In this document: positions 41,485 through 52,173 of the stretch, piece by piece
How positions within the stretch are numbered: the first letter of the stretch is position 1
Layout of the letters: the number at the start of each line of letters is the position of its first letter
From: Limisphaerales bacterium
Lineage (GTDB): Bacteria > Verrucomicrobiota > Verrucomicrobiia > Limisphaerales > JAJOIW01
Reading direction: 5' to 3'
Length of the DNA: 64,000 nt
NCBI GenBank assembly: GCA_965657355.1
Contig: CBFHOE010000002.1
Location: 504,785 to 568,784, forward strand
The notes under the pieces: model-generated
What the model was told of the DNA's origin: nothing
Seen by the model: the letters and a program-made list of their open reading frames with translations, nothing else
Database searches by the model: none
Made by a program: the position numbers and the translations under genes

Positions 41485-41994
41485 GTGGAAATATTACACG
41501 CCCCTTGGCGAATTGAATATATCATGAATAAGCCCCAGAATGAGGGGGATGGCAGTATATTTACTCAAATTGGCAGATCCAATGAAGATGAAAAAAATCT
41601 AGTCCTATATCGAGGAAAGAGCTGCTTTACAATGCTGAATAACTACCCTTATGCGGGGGGGCACTCCATGGTTATACCTTACAGGGAGGTTAGAGACCTC
41701 GATGAACTCTCACGGGAGGAAAATCTCGAACTTTGGAGTCAGGTCAGTTTGTGCAGAAAAGCGATGAGCCAGGAGATGCACCCACATGGCTTTAACATTG
41801 GTATTAACCTGGGTGAAGCGGCAGGAGCCGGTATAGCCGAACATTTACATGTCCATGTGGTTCCAAGATGGAGGGGCGATTTCAACTTTATGCCTGTTAT
41901 CGGTCAAACAAATATTCTCCCTGAGGCCTTGCTGCAGGTCGCAGAAAAATTGAGAAATGCAATGAAGAATTTGGCTGAATTGTCAGAGGATTAA
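41485..41994 (+). CDS. HIT family (Ap4A phosphorylase-like) protein
   Basis: LHAPWR, NYPYAGGH, GFNIGINLG and HLHVHVVPRW. Confidence 0.92.
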   Translation: MEILHAPWRIEYIMNKPQNEGDGSIFTQIGRSNEDEKNLVLYRGKSCFTMLNNYPYAGGHSMVIPYREVRDLDELSREENLELWSQVSLCRKAMSQEMHPHGFNIGINLGEAAGAGIAEHLHVHVVPRWRGDFNFMPVIGQTNILPEALLQVAEKLRNAMKNLAELSED

Positions 41995-41995
41995 T

Positions 41996-42958
41996 ATGGC
42001 CGAATTGACTTATCATTTTGAAAATGCCGAGATAGCCCGCGAAGCACTTGGTGGTGACGAAAAAAAATCGAGGATCCTTGAAGAAAAACTCAACATAAAA
42101 GTAATCTCAAGAGATGGCTGGATAAAATTTGAAGGCAATCCATCCAAAATAGAATTGGCACAGCGCTTCATTGAAGTCATCGAATCCTCAGTACGCGATG
42201 GCCAAAGAGTAAGAACCAGGGAGTTTGCTCGATCCCTAGAAATGATGAGCGAAGAAGGACTTGAAGCCATGGTCGCATGTATTAAGGATTCAATTTCAAC
42301 TTCGTCGAAAAAAGCGCCGATACGGCCAAGGACAGGCGGACAAAAAAGGTATATTGACATCATCAGAAAAAATACCATTACTTTCGGTTTGGGACCGGCT
42401 GGGACTGGTAAGACTTATTTGGCAATGGCGATGGCTGTGTCCTCTTTAAAAGCTGGTGAAGTCACTCGAATTATTCTCTCTCGTCCAGCCGTTGAAGCCG
42501 GTGAAGCTCTTGGGTTTCTTCCTGGGGCATTGGAAGAGAAAATCTCTCCTTACCTCAGGCCACTTTACGATGCTCTTCATGATATGTTGCCAGCAGAGGA
42601 GCTCCAAAAATACCAGGAGCGAGGGGTTGTAGAAATAGCCCCTCTTGCATACATGAGAGGGAGAACTCTTAATAATTCATTTGTTATTTTAGACGAATCA
42701 CAAAATGCAACTCGAGAACAAATGCTTATGTTTCTTACTCGCATGGGATCGGAATCAAAGCTGGTTGTCACAGGCGACCCATCGCAGGTCGATCTCCCCA
42801 TGCACCGAAAGAGTGGTTTGGTTGAAGCAGCAAAAAAATTAGATGATATTGATGGCATAGGGGTCCACCGGTTCTTAAAAAAGGATGTCGTCCGACACCG
42901 CCTTGTCCAAAGCATTATTCAAGCTTACGAAGAACCTAACCAGAACGGCCACCTTTAA
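41996..42958 (+). CDS. phoH: PhoH family ATPase
   Basis: GPAGTGKTYLA, RPAVEAGE, LAYMRGRTL, DESQN and VRHRLV. Confidence 0.95.
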   Translation: MAELTYHFENAEIAREALGGDEKKSRILEEKLNIKVISRDGWIKFEGNPSKIELAQRFIEVIESSVRDGQRVRTREFARSLEMMSEEGLEAMVACIKDSISTSSKKAPIRPRTGGQKRYIDIIRKNTITFGLGPAGTGKTYLAMAMAVSSLKAGEVTRIILSRPAVEAGEALGFLPGALEEKISPYLRPLYDALHDMLPAEELQKYQERGVVEIAPLAYMRGRTLNNSFVILDESQNATREQMLMFLTRMGSESKLVVTGDPSQVDLPMHRKSGLVEAAKKLDDIDGIGVHRFLKKDVVRHRLVQSIIQAYEEPNQNGHL

Positions 42959-42973
42959 TAAGAAGCTGAAAGC

Positions 42974-43474
42974 TTGATGACAAAAGAAATTTCATTGTTT
43001 AACAGACAAAAGAAATTCAAAATTTATTTTCGAAAAGTCCGCCCATTAGTCGGTCACTTGCTCGGAGATTGCCTTAAATTATCAGAATGGAACCTCAGCA
43101 TTGTTTTTCTTGGACCAAAAAGTATCACAAAGTGGAATGAAGAGCACCTGCAACACAAGGGACCAGCTGACATTTTAACTTATGACTACAGCAACAATCC
43201 GAATGACCTCACTCCATTAAATTCGATTACAGGCGAGCTCCTTATCTGTCCTCAGGTCGCTTTTGAAATATCCCAAAAATATGGCAAAAGTTGGCCTAAT
43301 GAATTATCCCGTTACATGGTTCACGGGATTTTACATTTGCTTGGATACGATGATATAAACCCAAAAGACAGGAAGATCATGAAACGGGCCGAAAACAAAT
43401 GGATGAAACACCTAGAGACCCAATTCGATTTAGATAGCATTGGGTGCATTACCAATGACCCCGATAAAAGATGA
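42974..43474 (+). CDS. ybeY: rRNA maturation endoribonuclease YbeY
   Basis: HGILHLLGYD motif, directly after phoH. Confidence 0.92.
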   Translation: MMTKEISLFNRQKKFKIYFRKVRPLVGHLLGDCLKLSEWNLSIVFLGPKSITKWNEEHLQHKGPADILTYDYSNNPNDLTPLNSITGELLICPQVAFEISQKYGKSWPNELSRYMVHGILHLLGYDDINPKDRKIMKRAENKWMKHLETQFDLDSIGCITNDPDKR

Positions 43475-44084
43475 AGGTATCATCATAGGCATCCAAGAAT
43501 TAAAGGACAAAGACCTTATTGTCAGATGGATCACTAAAGATTATGGAAGGCTTGATGCCGTTGCTCGCTCAGCCAAATCCTCATCCTCTCGATTCCTTGG
43601 CGGAATCGGCCTTTATAATAAGTGCCAACTGATGGTCCGATACAAGGCAGAGCGTGAGCTCCAACAACTATCCGAGGTCACTCTCTCCTCCTATCCGAGC
43701 CACCTCATACAATCACTTCCACTATTGAATGCTGTGACAGCACTTTGCGAAGTCATTGAACAATTCACAGAAAAACAAACTCCAATCCCGGAGATCTATG
43801 AGCATTTATTGGAGTTTATATATGTCCAATCAGCCAACGAGCATGTGGACATCCTGAAGGATTATATAGGATTAGAAGTGAGACTATTTTCAGGACTTGG
43901 AATTCTTCCTCATCAATTGCCAGATGAGTTATTGGAGTTTTTGGAAAATCCAAAAGATAGAGAAAATACATCTTCTCTATTGAAGAGATATTTGAACTAT
44001 ACTGAAGCTTATATCTCGAGAGCCCACAGTCCACATCCGCAGAAAAGGGTGAAATTCCTAGGGAAAAACCTCTTTAAAAATTGA
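43455..44084 (+). CDS. recO: DNA repair protein RecO (divergent)
   Basis: EGIII...DLIVRWITKDYGRLDAVARSA..SSSRF OB-fold start, in phoH-ybeY-recO synteny. Confidence 0.8.
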   Translation: MTPIKDEGIIIGIQELKDKDLIVRWITKDYGRLDAVARSAKSSSSRFLGGIGLYNKCQLMVRYKAERELQQLSEVTLSSYPSHLIQSLPLLNAVTALCEVIEQFTEKQTPIPEIYEHLLEFIYVQSANEHVDILKDYIGLEVRLFSGLGILPHQLPDELLEFLENPKDRENTSSLLKRYLNYTEAYISRAHSPHPQKRVKFLGKNLFKN

Positions 44085-44116
44085 ATTCCTATTTGTTTGC
44101 TCACAGGTAGTCATTG

Positions 44117-44875
44117 CTAATTTGAGATCACTTCAGATCTTTCACTCTCGTAAATATAAGCCAAACCGATGACGAGATGAATAATAGCCCAAGGTATGAG
44201 AAAAAAACCGATAATCGGCAAATAAATTGGGAGTCCAGCCTCCATCGCGCCTAAAGCAATAGTCGTCATTCCAAATTTTCGTTCCTTTAATTCCACATGG
44301 ACCCCCCGCTCTTTCATGACAGCGATATATGGGTCAAAGGTTGCCCTTCCAAGCACATGTGATGAGAATATAAATACAAGAGGCGGCCCCATAATCGGTA
44401 GGAATCCAATAGCAAAAAGGCCCATAAAGATAAGCACCTCTCTTAATATTCCAAAAACAGTGTGACTAAAGCTGGTTTTTATTGGAGGGCCCTCTGGAGG
44501 CTTGCCAATGTGCGCAACGACACGTTCAACGAGTCTTTCATACCATATGAACATCAAATTCAATGGAATGAAGATAGCGAGAAATAGACTGAGAACAACG
44601 AGTAGGAAGCCCAATCCATATTTTAATGTCACCGCACTCCAATCTAACCATCCAGGAAGCTTACCTATCAAATACGATTCCATCGGGTTAAGCAGGAACT
44701 CAAATCCAATAAATAGCGCTACCGCACATACCAAAACCGATAACACTAAGTTGAGAGCGAAGGCTTTCCAAATTTCCACCCTCAAACCAGGAATGACGGA
44801 TAAGATCTTTCTTCCAGTAAAAAATGAACCAAGTGCGTTGACTTTAACAAATTTTTCTTTGGGCATTTTCTCCAT
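44117..44875 (-). CDS. EI24/CysZ-like membrane protein
   Basis: Several TM helices in a CysZ-like arrangement (YERLVERV; FLPIMGP). Confidence 0.55.
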   Translation of the reverse strand: MEKMPKEKFVKVNALGSFFTGRKILSVIPGLRVEIWKAFALNLVLSVLVCAVALFIGFEFLLNPMESYLIGKLPGWLDWSAVTLKYGLGFLLVVLSLFLAIFIPLNLMFIWYERLVERVVAHIGKPPEGPPIKTSFSHTVFGILREVLIFMGLFAIGFLPIMGPPLVFIFSSHVLGRATFDPYIAVMKERGVHVELKERKFGMTTIALGAMEAGLPIYLPIIGFFLIPWAIIHLVIGLAYIYESERSEVISN

Positions 44876-44951
44876 TTATAGTGTGAACAGCTATGAACAA
44901 ATGGTGCAATTACAAATTATGGGCGAAATTTATAATTGCTCTGCTCGAGGT

Positions 44952-44988
44952 AAAAAGAAAAAACCTACTGAGTATTTCAGTAGGCTTT
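44952..44988 (-). terminator. Intrinsic terminator after ftsH
   Basis: CCTACTGA / TCAGTAGG stem followed on the minus strand by TTTTTTCTTTTT. Confidence 0.85.
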
Positions 44989-45010
44989 GAAAAATCTGAA
45001 AAAAAGATAC

Positions 45011-47050
45011 CTAGACGGGCGCTGGAGCTGGACTTCCTAAACCAGGCAATTCTGGAGGATTCTTTTTGGCAGCGTCATCTGACACCGGCGTGTTTGCTTC
45101 AGCACCCGAAGGATTGGAATCTTCAGGGGGTGCCGCCGGCGGATCAAATTTGCCTGTTTTTACAATTTCACGGACTTGCTCTCCGTCGAGAGTTTCGTGT
45201 TCAAGCAAAGCTCGCGCAATTATTTGCAGTTCAGCCCTCTTCTCTCTTATGATGCCCTCAGCGATGTCATATTGTTCCTGGATGATCCGTTTTACTTCCA
45301 TGTCAATCATGCGCGCGAAATCTTCACTGTAATCCTTTTTGCGGATCATATCCCGGCCCATATAAACTTCATCATCACTGCCATATTGAACCATTCCCAC
45401 GTTGTCACTCATTCCAAATTGACAGACCATATTTCGTGCGAGACTACTCGCTTGTTGGATGTCTCCAGCTGCGCCAGTTGAAATGTCCCCAGAGACAATT
45501 TCTTCTGCTATTCTTCCACCCATTGTCACGGCGATCATATCAAGCATCTCCTTTTTGGTTCTATTGAAGACGTCTTTTTCAGGTAGAGACATGGTACTTC
45601 CCAAGGATTGCCCTCGCGGGATGATGGTGACCTTGTGAAGTGGGTGTGTGTGTTCAAGTACCACGTTGACAAGAGCATGACCAGCCTCATGCCATGCTGT
45701 AAATTTCTTATCTTCGTCCGTCATGGCTAAGCTGCGGCGCTCGCGCCCCCACCTGACCTTGTCGCGAGCTTCCTCTAACTCGACGTTGGTAATCGATTTC
45801 TTTTTCGCTCGAGCAGCAATGAGCGCTGCTTCGTTGAGAAGATTTGCTAATTCCGCTCCGGAATAGCCAGGGGTACCTCGTGCCACGATTTTGAGGTCGA
45901 CGTCAGGGGAAAGCTTTACCTTTTTGGCATGGACTTTGAGAATTTGCTCACGGCCAACCACGTCAGGTAGACTAACCGTCAATTGTCTGTCGAATCGCCC
46001 TGGACGAAGAAGTGCTGGATCTAGAACATCAGGCCTATTGGTAGCCGCAATGATAATGACTCCTTCCTGACTATCAAAACCGTCCATTTCAACGAGGAGA
46101 GCGTTGAGAGTTTGCTCACGCTCGTCATTACCTCCTCCCATACCAACACCTCTACTGCGTCCCACTGCGTCGATTTCATCAATGAAAATGAGGCATGGTT
46201 TACTTTTTCGGGCTTGTTCAAACATATCGCGAACACGGCTTGCTCCAACACCCACGAACATTTCCACAAAATCGGAACCACTAATACTAAAAAATGATGC
46301 GTCAGCTTCTCCCGCAATGGCTTTTGCAAGGAGGGTTTTACCTGTCCCTGGGGCACCAACCATGAGTATGCCTTTTGGGATACGCCCACCCAATTTTTGA
46401 AATTTCCGAGGGTCTTTTAGAAAATCAACAACCTCTCCAACTTCTTCTTTGGCTTCATCGACCCCAGCAACGTCCTTGAACGTTATTTTATTTTTATCCT
46501 TCGAAAGCATTCGAGCTTTGCTTTTTCCAAAACTCATTGCACCTTTTCCTGCCATGCGTATTTGCCTGATGAAGAAAAAATAGATAATGAAGGCGAGAAG
46601 CAAAAATGGACCAAGCTGAAGGAGCAAACCTACAAGCATAGTGTCAGGTTCTTTCGCAGTGAAAGCGTTGTAGTTGTGGAGAAGCTCATCTTTCTTTTCG
46701 TCAGTCAAGTAAGCATCAAACTTAAAGGGGATTTGACCTTTGTATTTTAACAAATCCTCATCCTGAGATTCTTCTTGAGAAGCTTTGTATTTTCCCGAGA
46801 TCTCGACAAGCTCAGACCCCGGAGACAGCATTATCACTCCGTTGGATATCTCACGCCCTTCTTCTAAAAGACCTTCGAGCTTGACTAGATTCATCTTCGG
46901 CATGTTGGCCTCAGATTTGTCTTTTAATAGCATTAACAAGGGAATAAACGCTATAATTGCTAACATTAACAGCCAACCACGGGCTGGGACTTTTGGATCT
47001 TTGTTCTGATCTTCAGGTTGCTTAGTGTTTTTGTTTCCAAATTCAGACAT
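45011..47050 (-). CDS. ftsH: ATP-dependent zinc metalloprotease FtsH
   Basis: Two TM helices, [22 protein letters not shown] and HEAGH. Confidence 0.99.
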   Translation of the reverse strand: MSEFGNKNTKQPEDQNKDPKVPARGWLLMLAIIAFIPLLMLLKDKSEANMPKMNLVKLEGLLEEGREISNGVIMLSPGSELVEISGKYKASQEESQDEDLLKYKGQIPFKFDAYLTDEKKDELLHNYNAFTAKEPDTMLVGLLLQLGPFLLLAFIIYFFFIRQIRMAGKGAMSFGKSKARMLSKDKNKITFKDVAGVDEAKEEVGEVVDFLKDPRKFQKLGGRIPKGILMVGAPGTGKTLLAKAIAGEADASFFSISGSDFVEMFVGVGASRVRDMFEQARKSKPCLIFIDEIDAVGRSRGVGMGGGNDEREQTLNALLVEMDGFDSQEGVIIIAATNRPDVLDPALLRPGRFDRQLTVSLPDVVGREQILKVHAKKVKLSPDVDLKIVARGTPGYSGAELANLLNEAALIAARAKKKSITNVELEEARDKVRWGRERRSLAMTDEDKKFTAWHEAGHALVNVVLEHTHPLHKVTIIPRGQSLGSTMSLPEKDVFNRTKKEMLDMIAVTMGGRIAEEIVSGDISTGAAGDIQQASSLARNMVCQFGMSDNVGMVQYGSDDEVYMGRDMIRKKDYSEDFARMIDMEVKRIIQEQYDIAEGIIREKRAELQIIARALLEHETLDGEQVREIVKTGKFDPPAAPPEDSNPSGAEANTPVSDDAAKKNPPELPGLGSPAPAPV

Positions 47051-47176
47051 TACTCAAACTATTTTGCGACTCCACGCCGAGTTACTGGACCAATGGGAGT
47101 GAGTTTTCCATTTTGAGGTTCTCACCAGGTCGGACTCAATTATAATTTATAATTCAGATTATTTAATTAGCAAACC

Positions 47177-48658
47177 TTAACTTATCTGGTCTTTTGACTG
47201 GGAAAACTGCCATTCCCAGGTTAATCCGCGCTTAGATTTGCCGGTAATTTTTGAATTTTCGGCTATCCTCATTCCCTGAACCCAGAATATCCCAATATTC
47301 AAAGATTCAGCGATAACACGATGCGATCTTTCATTTTCTGGAATTCGCTGGCTGGAGAACCATTTTTTTAGCTTGATAGGTTTTGCAAACCCAGAAGGGT
47401 GAAAAACATCACCGGGTTGCCAAAACCTGAGAATTATTTCATCGCCGATCATATCGGCATCAAAGAGTTCACTCCTAGTATTTCGCACAGCATCGAGATT
47501 AGGATTTTCCTGAAAACTCCAGCTGACCTCAAGATTCATAAAACTTTTTTGGAATGGCAATCTATCTAATCTCAAACGCAACTGTTCATGCTTCCATTTA
47601 TTGGGTGGCTTTAAGGGTAGATCATCTTCAATCCTTTTTGAGATACACCCATCTTCCCCAAGCTTAATGAACTCCCCTTTACCAGTATTGATCCATGAAG
47701 ATTTTGTTTCCAGTAGTTGCCGAATTCTTGAAATTGGATGAGCGATGCGAAGCAAGGATAATTGATCGATAATGATTTGCTGCTTTATAGCAGCTGGTAA
47801 AACATCAAAGTCCTCAATGCCATTCCAATAGCGTTTCTCCTGCCATTGTTTGGATGCCGATTTGATCACATCATGGGTCAGGCTCGAAATATTCATCAAA
47901 TCAGAAACGGGCTGTGCCCAATTTCTTGACCCGTTTACCTCGTCAAGTGCTGGCATGAGAATATGACGAACTCTATTTCGAAAATGACTCAAATCTTGAT
48001 TGGAAGAATCCTCGCGGAAATCGATCCCTTCTTTTGACGCAAAACGACGGATTTCATCTCGGCTTGATGATAATAATGGCCGCAAAACACGGTAGTCAGC
48101 GGTTTCTTGATCGAATTCAAATGGGAATGGGTCATTGTCACTCATACATTCCAATCCTCCTATACCAGTCCCACGGAGAAGCCTCATAAAAAAGGTTTCA
48201 TGTTGGTCCGTGAGATTATGACCCAACAAAAGAAAATTTTTACCTGAACGACCAAGGGCTTTTGAAAATGACAAATATCTAAGTATTCGGGCGGACTCTT
48301 CGATCGATTTTTTCATTCTCCGACTGTATTTCGAAACATCAGCACTGAGGACCTCGCAATGTACCGAATTATCTGAGCAGCTTTTGAGGACAAATGAAGC
48401 ATCATCATGCGATTCTTGCCCACGCAATAGATGATTTACATGAACAACAGAAATATCTCTAACGAGTCCTGTTTCTCTAGCTCTCAGGCAACAATCTAGT
48501 AAAACCATAGAATCTGCGCCACCAGAGAGCCCTAATAAAAAACCCAGGCCCTTGTCTCCATTGGTTTTGTTAAAAGCCTCGCACCAGCGAAAAAACTTTT
48601 CATTAATTTTCAGAATTTCCCTCACAAATAATTTAAAAACTAACGGCCCTATATGCAA
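47177..48658 (-). CDS. tilS: tRNA(Ile)-lysidine synthetase
   Basis: SGGADS, HVNHLLR, DQHET..MRLLRG, RPLL, EDSSN and RNRVR, in tilS-ftsH synteny. Confidence 0.93.
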   Translation of the reverse strand: MHIGPLVFKLFVREILKINEKFFRWCEAFNKTNGDKGLGFLLGLSGGADSMVLLDCCLRARETGLVRDISVVHVNHLLRGQESHDDASFVLKSCSDNSVHCEVLSADVSKYSRRMKKSIEESARILRYLSFSKALGRSGKNFLLLGHNLTDQHETFFMRLLRGTGIGGLECMSDNDPFPFEFDQETADYRVLRPLLSSSRDEIRRFASKEGIDFREDSSNQDLSHFRNRVRHILMPALDEVNGSRNWAQPVSDLMNISSLTHDVIKSASKQWQEKRYWNGIEDFDVLPAAIKQQIIIDQLSLLRIAHPISRIRQLLETKSSWINTGKGEFIKLGEDGCISKRIEDDLPLKPPNKWKHEQLRLRLDRLPFQKSFMNLEVSWSFQENPNLDAVRNTRSELFDADMIGDEIILRFWQPGDVFHPSGFAKPIKLKKWFSSQRIPENERSHRVIAESLNIGIFWVQGMRIAENSKITGKSKRGLTWEWQFSQSKDQIS

Positions 48659-49835
48659 AACCTTTCAAATATTCCGTTTCTGGAATAATCGGAACAATAG
48701 GATGATCTGGCGACTGGGTGTATGTTTCAACACGCTTCAGGGTTTTTCTACAATCGAACGCAGCATCCATTATCACGTCTTCGTACATCTCTGAAGTGAC
48801 GTGATGTGAGCAAGAAAATGTCACTAATTGACCATCAGGGGCAAGAAGCTTGAGTGCTCGAAGATGTAATTCCTTGTAGCCCCTAAATGCTTGATTAAGC
48901 GCTCCTCGATTTTTGGCAAATGAGGGCGGATCAAGGATAATGACATCAAATTTATTGTCTTCGCTGACATCTTGTGAAGCTGTTTGATCCTTTAACCAAT
49001 CAAATACATTGGCCTCCTTCCATGTGACGCGGTCAGGTAAGTTATTCATATCATGAATATCGCTAGCGAGCTCTAAGGCCTGCGCACTCTGGTCCAATGC
49101 GACGACATGTCGAGCTCCCTCAAAAAGCGCGTGATTTGCAAAACCTCCCTGGAATGTGAAGGCATCCAAAACTCGTTGACCATTGCAAATCGAAGCTATT
49201 TTTTTATAATTGTTTTGCTGGTCCAGGTAACATCCCGTTTTATGACCTTCTTTCCAGTTAATTTTCCAATCAAGGTGATTTAATTTAAACAAAATATCGT
49301 CCGGTGGGTCTCCGTAGAGAACTCCCCCCTCAGAATCCATCCCCTCGGACTTTCTGGATTGCATATCGGCACGTTCAACAACAGCACTCAGGCCACACTC
49401 GATAACTAATGCCTTTACGATCAATTCTTTATTGAGGTGTATCCCTAGAGATGTGATCTGAACGACAGCAATATCCCCATATATATCAACAATCAAACCA
49501 CTTAGACCGTCTGCTTCCGCATGAATCAACCTAAACGACTGGCCTTTTTGATAATTCATGAGCCGCTGGCGCAATGCTTCTCTTATTCTTTTTTGAAAAA
49601 ATTGAATATTAATATGGCACTTTGACTTTGAAATAATTCTGACTGCTAGCTTGGATTGGCCATTCCAAAACCCAACCCCCAAAGGCCTTCTCTTTGAATC
49701 TCTTACTTGGACTAATTCCCCATCTAACAACCCGTCAGGAATTTTATCTACCATCCCTTTAAAAACCCAGGGATGACCTTTTACAACTCGCTGAGCAGCA
49801 CTTCTTTTTAATATTACTGTTGGCAATGGATGCAT
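48633..49835 (-). CDS. rlmI: RlmI-family rRNA m5C methyltransferase
   Basis: GHPWVF, EADGLSGLIVD, GHKTGCYLDQ, ILDPPSF and TFSCS. Confidence 0.9.
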   Translation of the reverse strand: MHPLPTVILKRSAAQRVVKGHPWVFKGMVDKIPDGLLDGELVQVRDSKRRPLGVGFWNGQSKLAVRIISKSKCHINIQFFQKRIREALRQRLMNYQKGQSFRLIHAEADGLSGLIVDIYGDIAVVQITSLGIHLNKELIVKALVIECGLSAVVERADMQSRKSEGMDSEGGVLYGDPPDDILFKLNHLDWKINWKEGHKTGCYLDQQNNYKKIASICNGQRVLDAFTFQGGFANHALFEGARHVVALDQSAQALELASDIHDMNNLPDRVTWKEANVFDWLKDQTASQDVSEDNKFDVIILDPPSFAKNRGALNQAFRGYKELHLRALKLLAPDGQLVTFSCSHHVTSEMYEDVIMDAAFDCRKTLKRVETYTQSPDHPIVPIIPETEYLKGFAYRAVSF

Positions 49836-50082
49836 TTCGAAATTGGATCCTCCAACACATGACTTGATCAGCCAAGTATAAAAACTTCCATAATGAAAGA
49901 ATCAAGAACCACAACACCTCGCACTACGCATTAAATTGATTAATAGCCCAATGCCAAAACCCGGCCATCTGCTTTAAAGTTTTGACCTTTGTTCCCAATA
50001 AAAAAATAAACTAGGACCCTGAAAAGAATTAAGTGGTATTCCATTTTTTTAAAAAACCACAATTTGAGTTGAAAAAAACTTT

Positions 50083-50928
50083 TTAGAGAGCCAAAACCCC
50101 AGCCTTCTTCTCCATATGAAATGCAGTATACCCGGAAAAACTTTCAGGCACCCAAGATGTATCTATCCGAAAGGCACTTTCCCCAGTACCCAAAAGCAAA
50201 TACCCTTCATCATACAAACAGCTTTTCATCTTATGGCATACTTGCTTCTTCATTTCTTGGTCGAAGTAAATGAGAACATTTCTTAAAAAAATAATGTCGA
50301 ACTTTTGCATGTAATTAAAATCTTCACACAAGTTCATTGGAACGAAAGTAACCTTGTCTTTCAGTTCCGGAGAAATGGCCCACAAATTACCTGACTTCAC
50401 AAAATATTTACTGAGCAAGTATGGATTCAAACCTCGTGACACTTCAGATTCAGTGTATTCGCCGGCCCGCGCCCTCTCAATTGCGTCTTTAGACAGGTCC
50501 GTACCAAAAATTTGAAATCTCCAATCATGAAGGTGCCCCCAATTTTCTTTGAGTAACATGGCAACAGAGTATGCCTCTTGCCCAGTAGAGGCTGCTGCAG
50601 ACCATATTCTAATGGTCTTTTTGGCCTTATTTATCTTAAAAAAATCTGGTATAATATGATTTTTTAGGGCTGCAAAACATTGGGCATCACGAAAGAAAAA
50701 TGTTTCATTTACAGTAAGTGCCTCTACAACTTCGGCATGCACCTTTGAGTATTCGAACGATTTAGAAAGGTTCAGAATAAACTCATCCAAATTTTCGCAA
50801 CCATTTGCACGCGCCAATGGTAAGAGCCTACTTTCAACAAGATATTCTTTTTCCTCCTCCAAAAGCATACCTGAGTTTTTCTTTGTTAAATTTTTGATGT
50901 AATTAAAACTTTTACTTAACAAAGGCAT
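50083..50928 (-). CDS. cheR: Chemotaxis methyltransferase CheR
   Basis: NETFFFRD, IWSAAASTGQEAYS, GTDLS and FLRNVLIYF. Confidence 0.96.
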   Translation of the reverse strand: MPLLSKSFNYIKNLTKKNSGMLLEEEKEYLVESRLLPLARANGCENLDEFILNLSKSFEYSKVHAEVVEALTVNETFFFRDAQCFAALKNHIIPDFFKINKAKKTIRIWSAAASTGQEAYSVAMLLKENWGHLHDWRFQIFGTDLSKDAIERARAGEYTESEVSRGLNPYLLSKYFVKSGNLWAISPELKDKVTFVPMNLCEDFNYMQKFDIIFLRNVLIYFDQEMKKQVCHKMKSCLYDEGYLLLGTGESAFRIDTSWVPESFSGYTAFHMEKKAGVLAL

Positions 50929-52051
50929 GCCTTTTTTCCTTTCTTTGGGTATAGCCACTATCCTTGCGAATACCGAAGCTATTTTTCATACTTACCTCAT
51001 TTAGTAGATTACTTATTTCACACGGGGTCAAAGTATCCTCAGCTAACCCATCAGACCAGACGGCTCCTGCCATTCCCCAGACAATACTACTTTCTTTATT
51101 TTGGACGTATATTTTACCACCTTGAGATTTAATCAAACGACACCCCATTAGTCCGTCCCTACCCATCCCTGTGAGAATGAATGTTAGAATATTACCTCCA
51201 ACTGCTTGGACTGCACTTTGGAATAAGACATCTACCGAAGGCCGGCAACTATTCTCGGCCTCCTTCTGGTTGAGATGTATTTTTCTACTTACACCATTGC
51301 CAGAAACTTGCATATGAAAATCTCCAGGTGCAATGTATCCGCATCCCGATTCTATGTTTTGATTGTCTTTCCCTTCGTAAAAGGTGATTGAAGAACCACA
51401 TTTATTTAATCTCTCAGCAAGCAACCCAGTGAACACTGGTGGCATATGCTGAACGATTAATATTGGCGGAAGACTCACGTGCTGCATAGCTGAGAAAATG
51501 TCCACCAGCACATCGGGCCCACCCGTAGAACTTCCAATAACAATCAGATCAATTTTTTTGGCACCATACTTTTCAGGAAAAGATTCAATCTCGGCGGTTT
51601 TAGTCGATAAAGCCATATCGGGGTTGACTTCTTCTACTTGGCCATTCATTAGGCAATTTATTTTTTTTTCCAGTTGAGTGGAAAACCGAATGAAAATCTC
51701 ACATTCAGTATCAATATCTTTTGCTCTTTTCAACCGATTGTATTCGATTGATTCAAAAATAGAGTAAGTCGAGTGCTTATTCTGTAATTCACACCCACCT
51801 AAAACCAACACCTTTATATCCGGATAATCCGTTCGCAATTGGTTGAGGATTTCATCACAATTAACATAAGATTGCTCGGTATCGATCGTTATTACATCAG
51901 GAACAACTTGCGGAATCTTTAAAAGAGCGATTTTACTATTTGCAGCGCTGCCAACGACTTCAAGGCTGCTAATTCCTCCCATGACACTTGTGATAAACCG
52001 TCGCGCAATTATCGAATCATCAATGACAAAAACTTTTATCTTTTTATGCAC
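50912..52051 (-). CDS. cheB: Chemotaxis methylesterase CheB with a divergent receiver domain
   Basis: GSSTGGP, VQHMP, RPSVDVLF and LTGMGRDG. Confidence 0.95.
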   Translation of the reverse strand: MHKKIKVFVIDDSIIARRFITSVMGGISSLEVVGSAANSKIALLKIPQVVPDVITIDTEQSYVNCDEILNQLRTDYPDIKVLVLGGCELQNKHSTYSIFESIEYNRLKRAKDIDTECEIFIRFSTQLEKKINCLMNGQVEEVNPDMALSTKTAEIESFPEKYGAKKIDLIVIGSSTGGPDVLVDIFSAMQHVSLPPILIVQHMPPVFTGLLAERLNKCGSSITFYEGKDNQNIESGCGYIAPGDFHMQVSGNGVSRKIHLNQKEAENSCRPSVDVLFQSAVQAVGGNILTFILTGMGRDGLMGCRLIKSQGGKIYVQNKESSIVWGMAGAVWSDGLAEDTLTPCEISNLLNEVSMKNSFGIRKDSGYTQRKEKRHAFVK

Positions 52052-52173
52052 GTTTCAGAATTGCTCAACTATCTATGCTCAGTGTAAGTATTCAACTTAA
52101 TGAACTGAATTACGCACAGCTGAATCCTTATTTTATTTATACAGCTATATACCTGAATGATTATCAGATTTTG

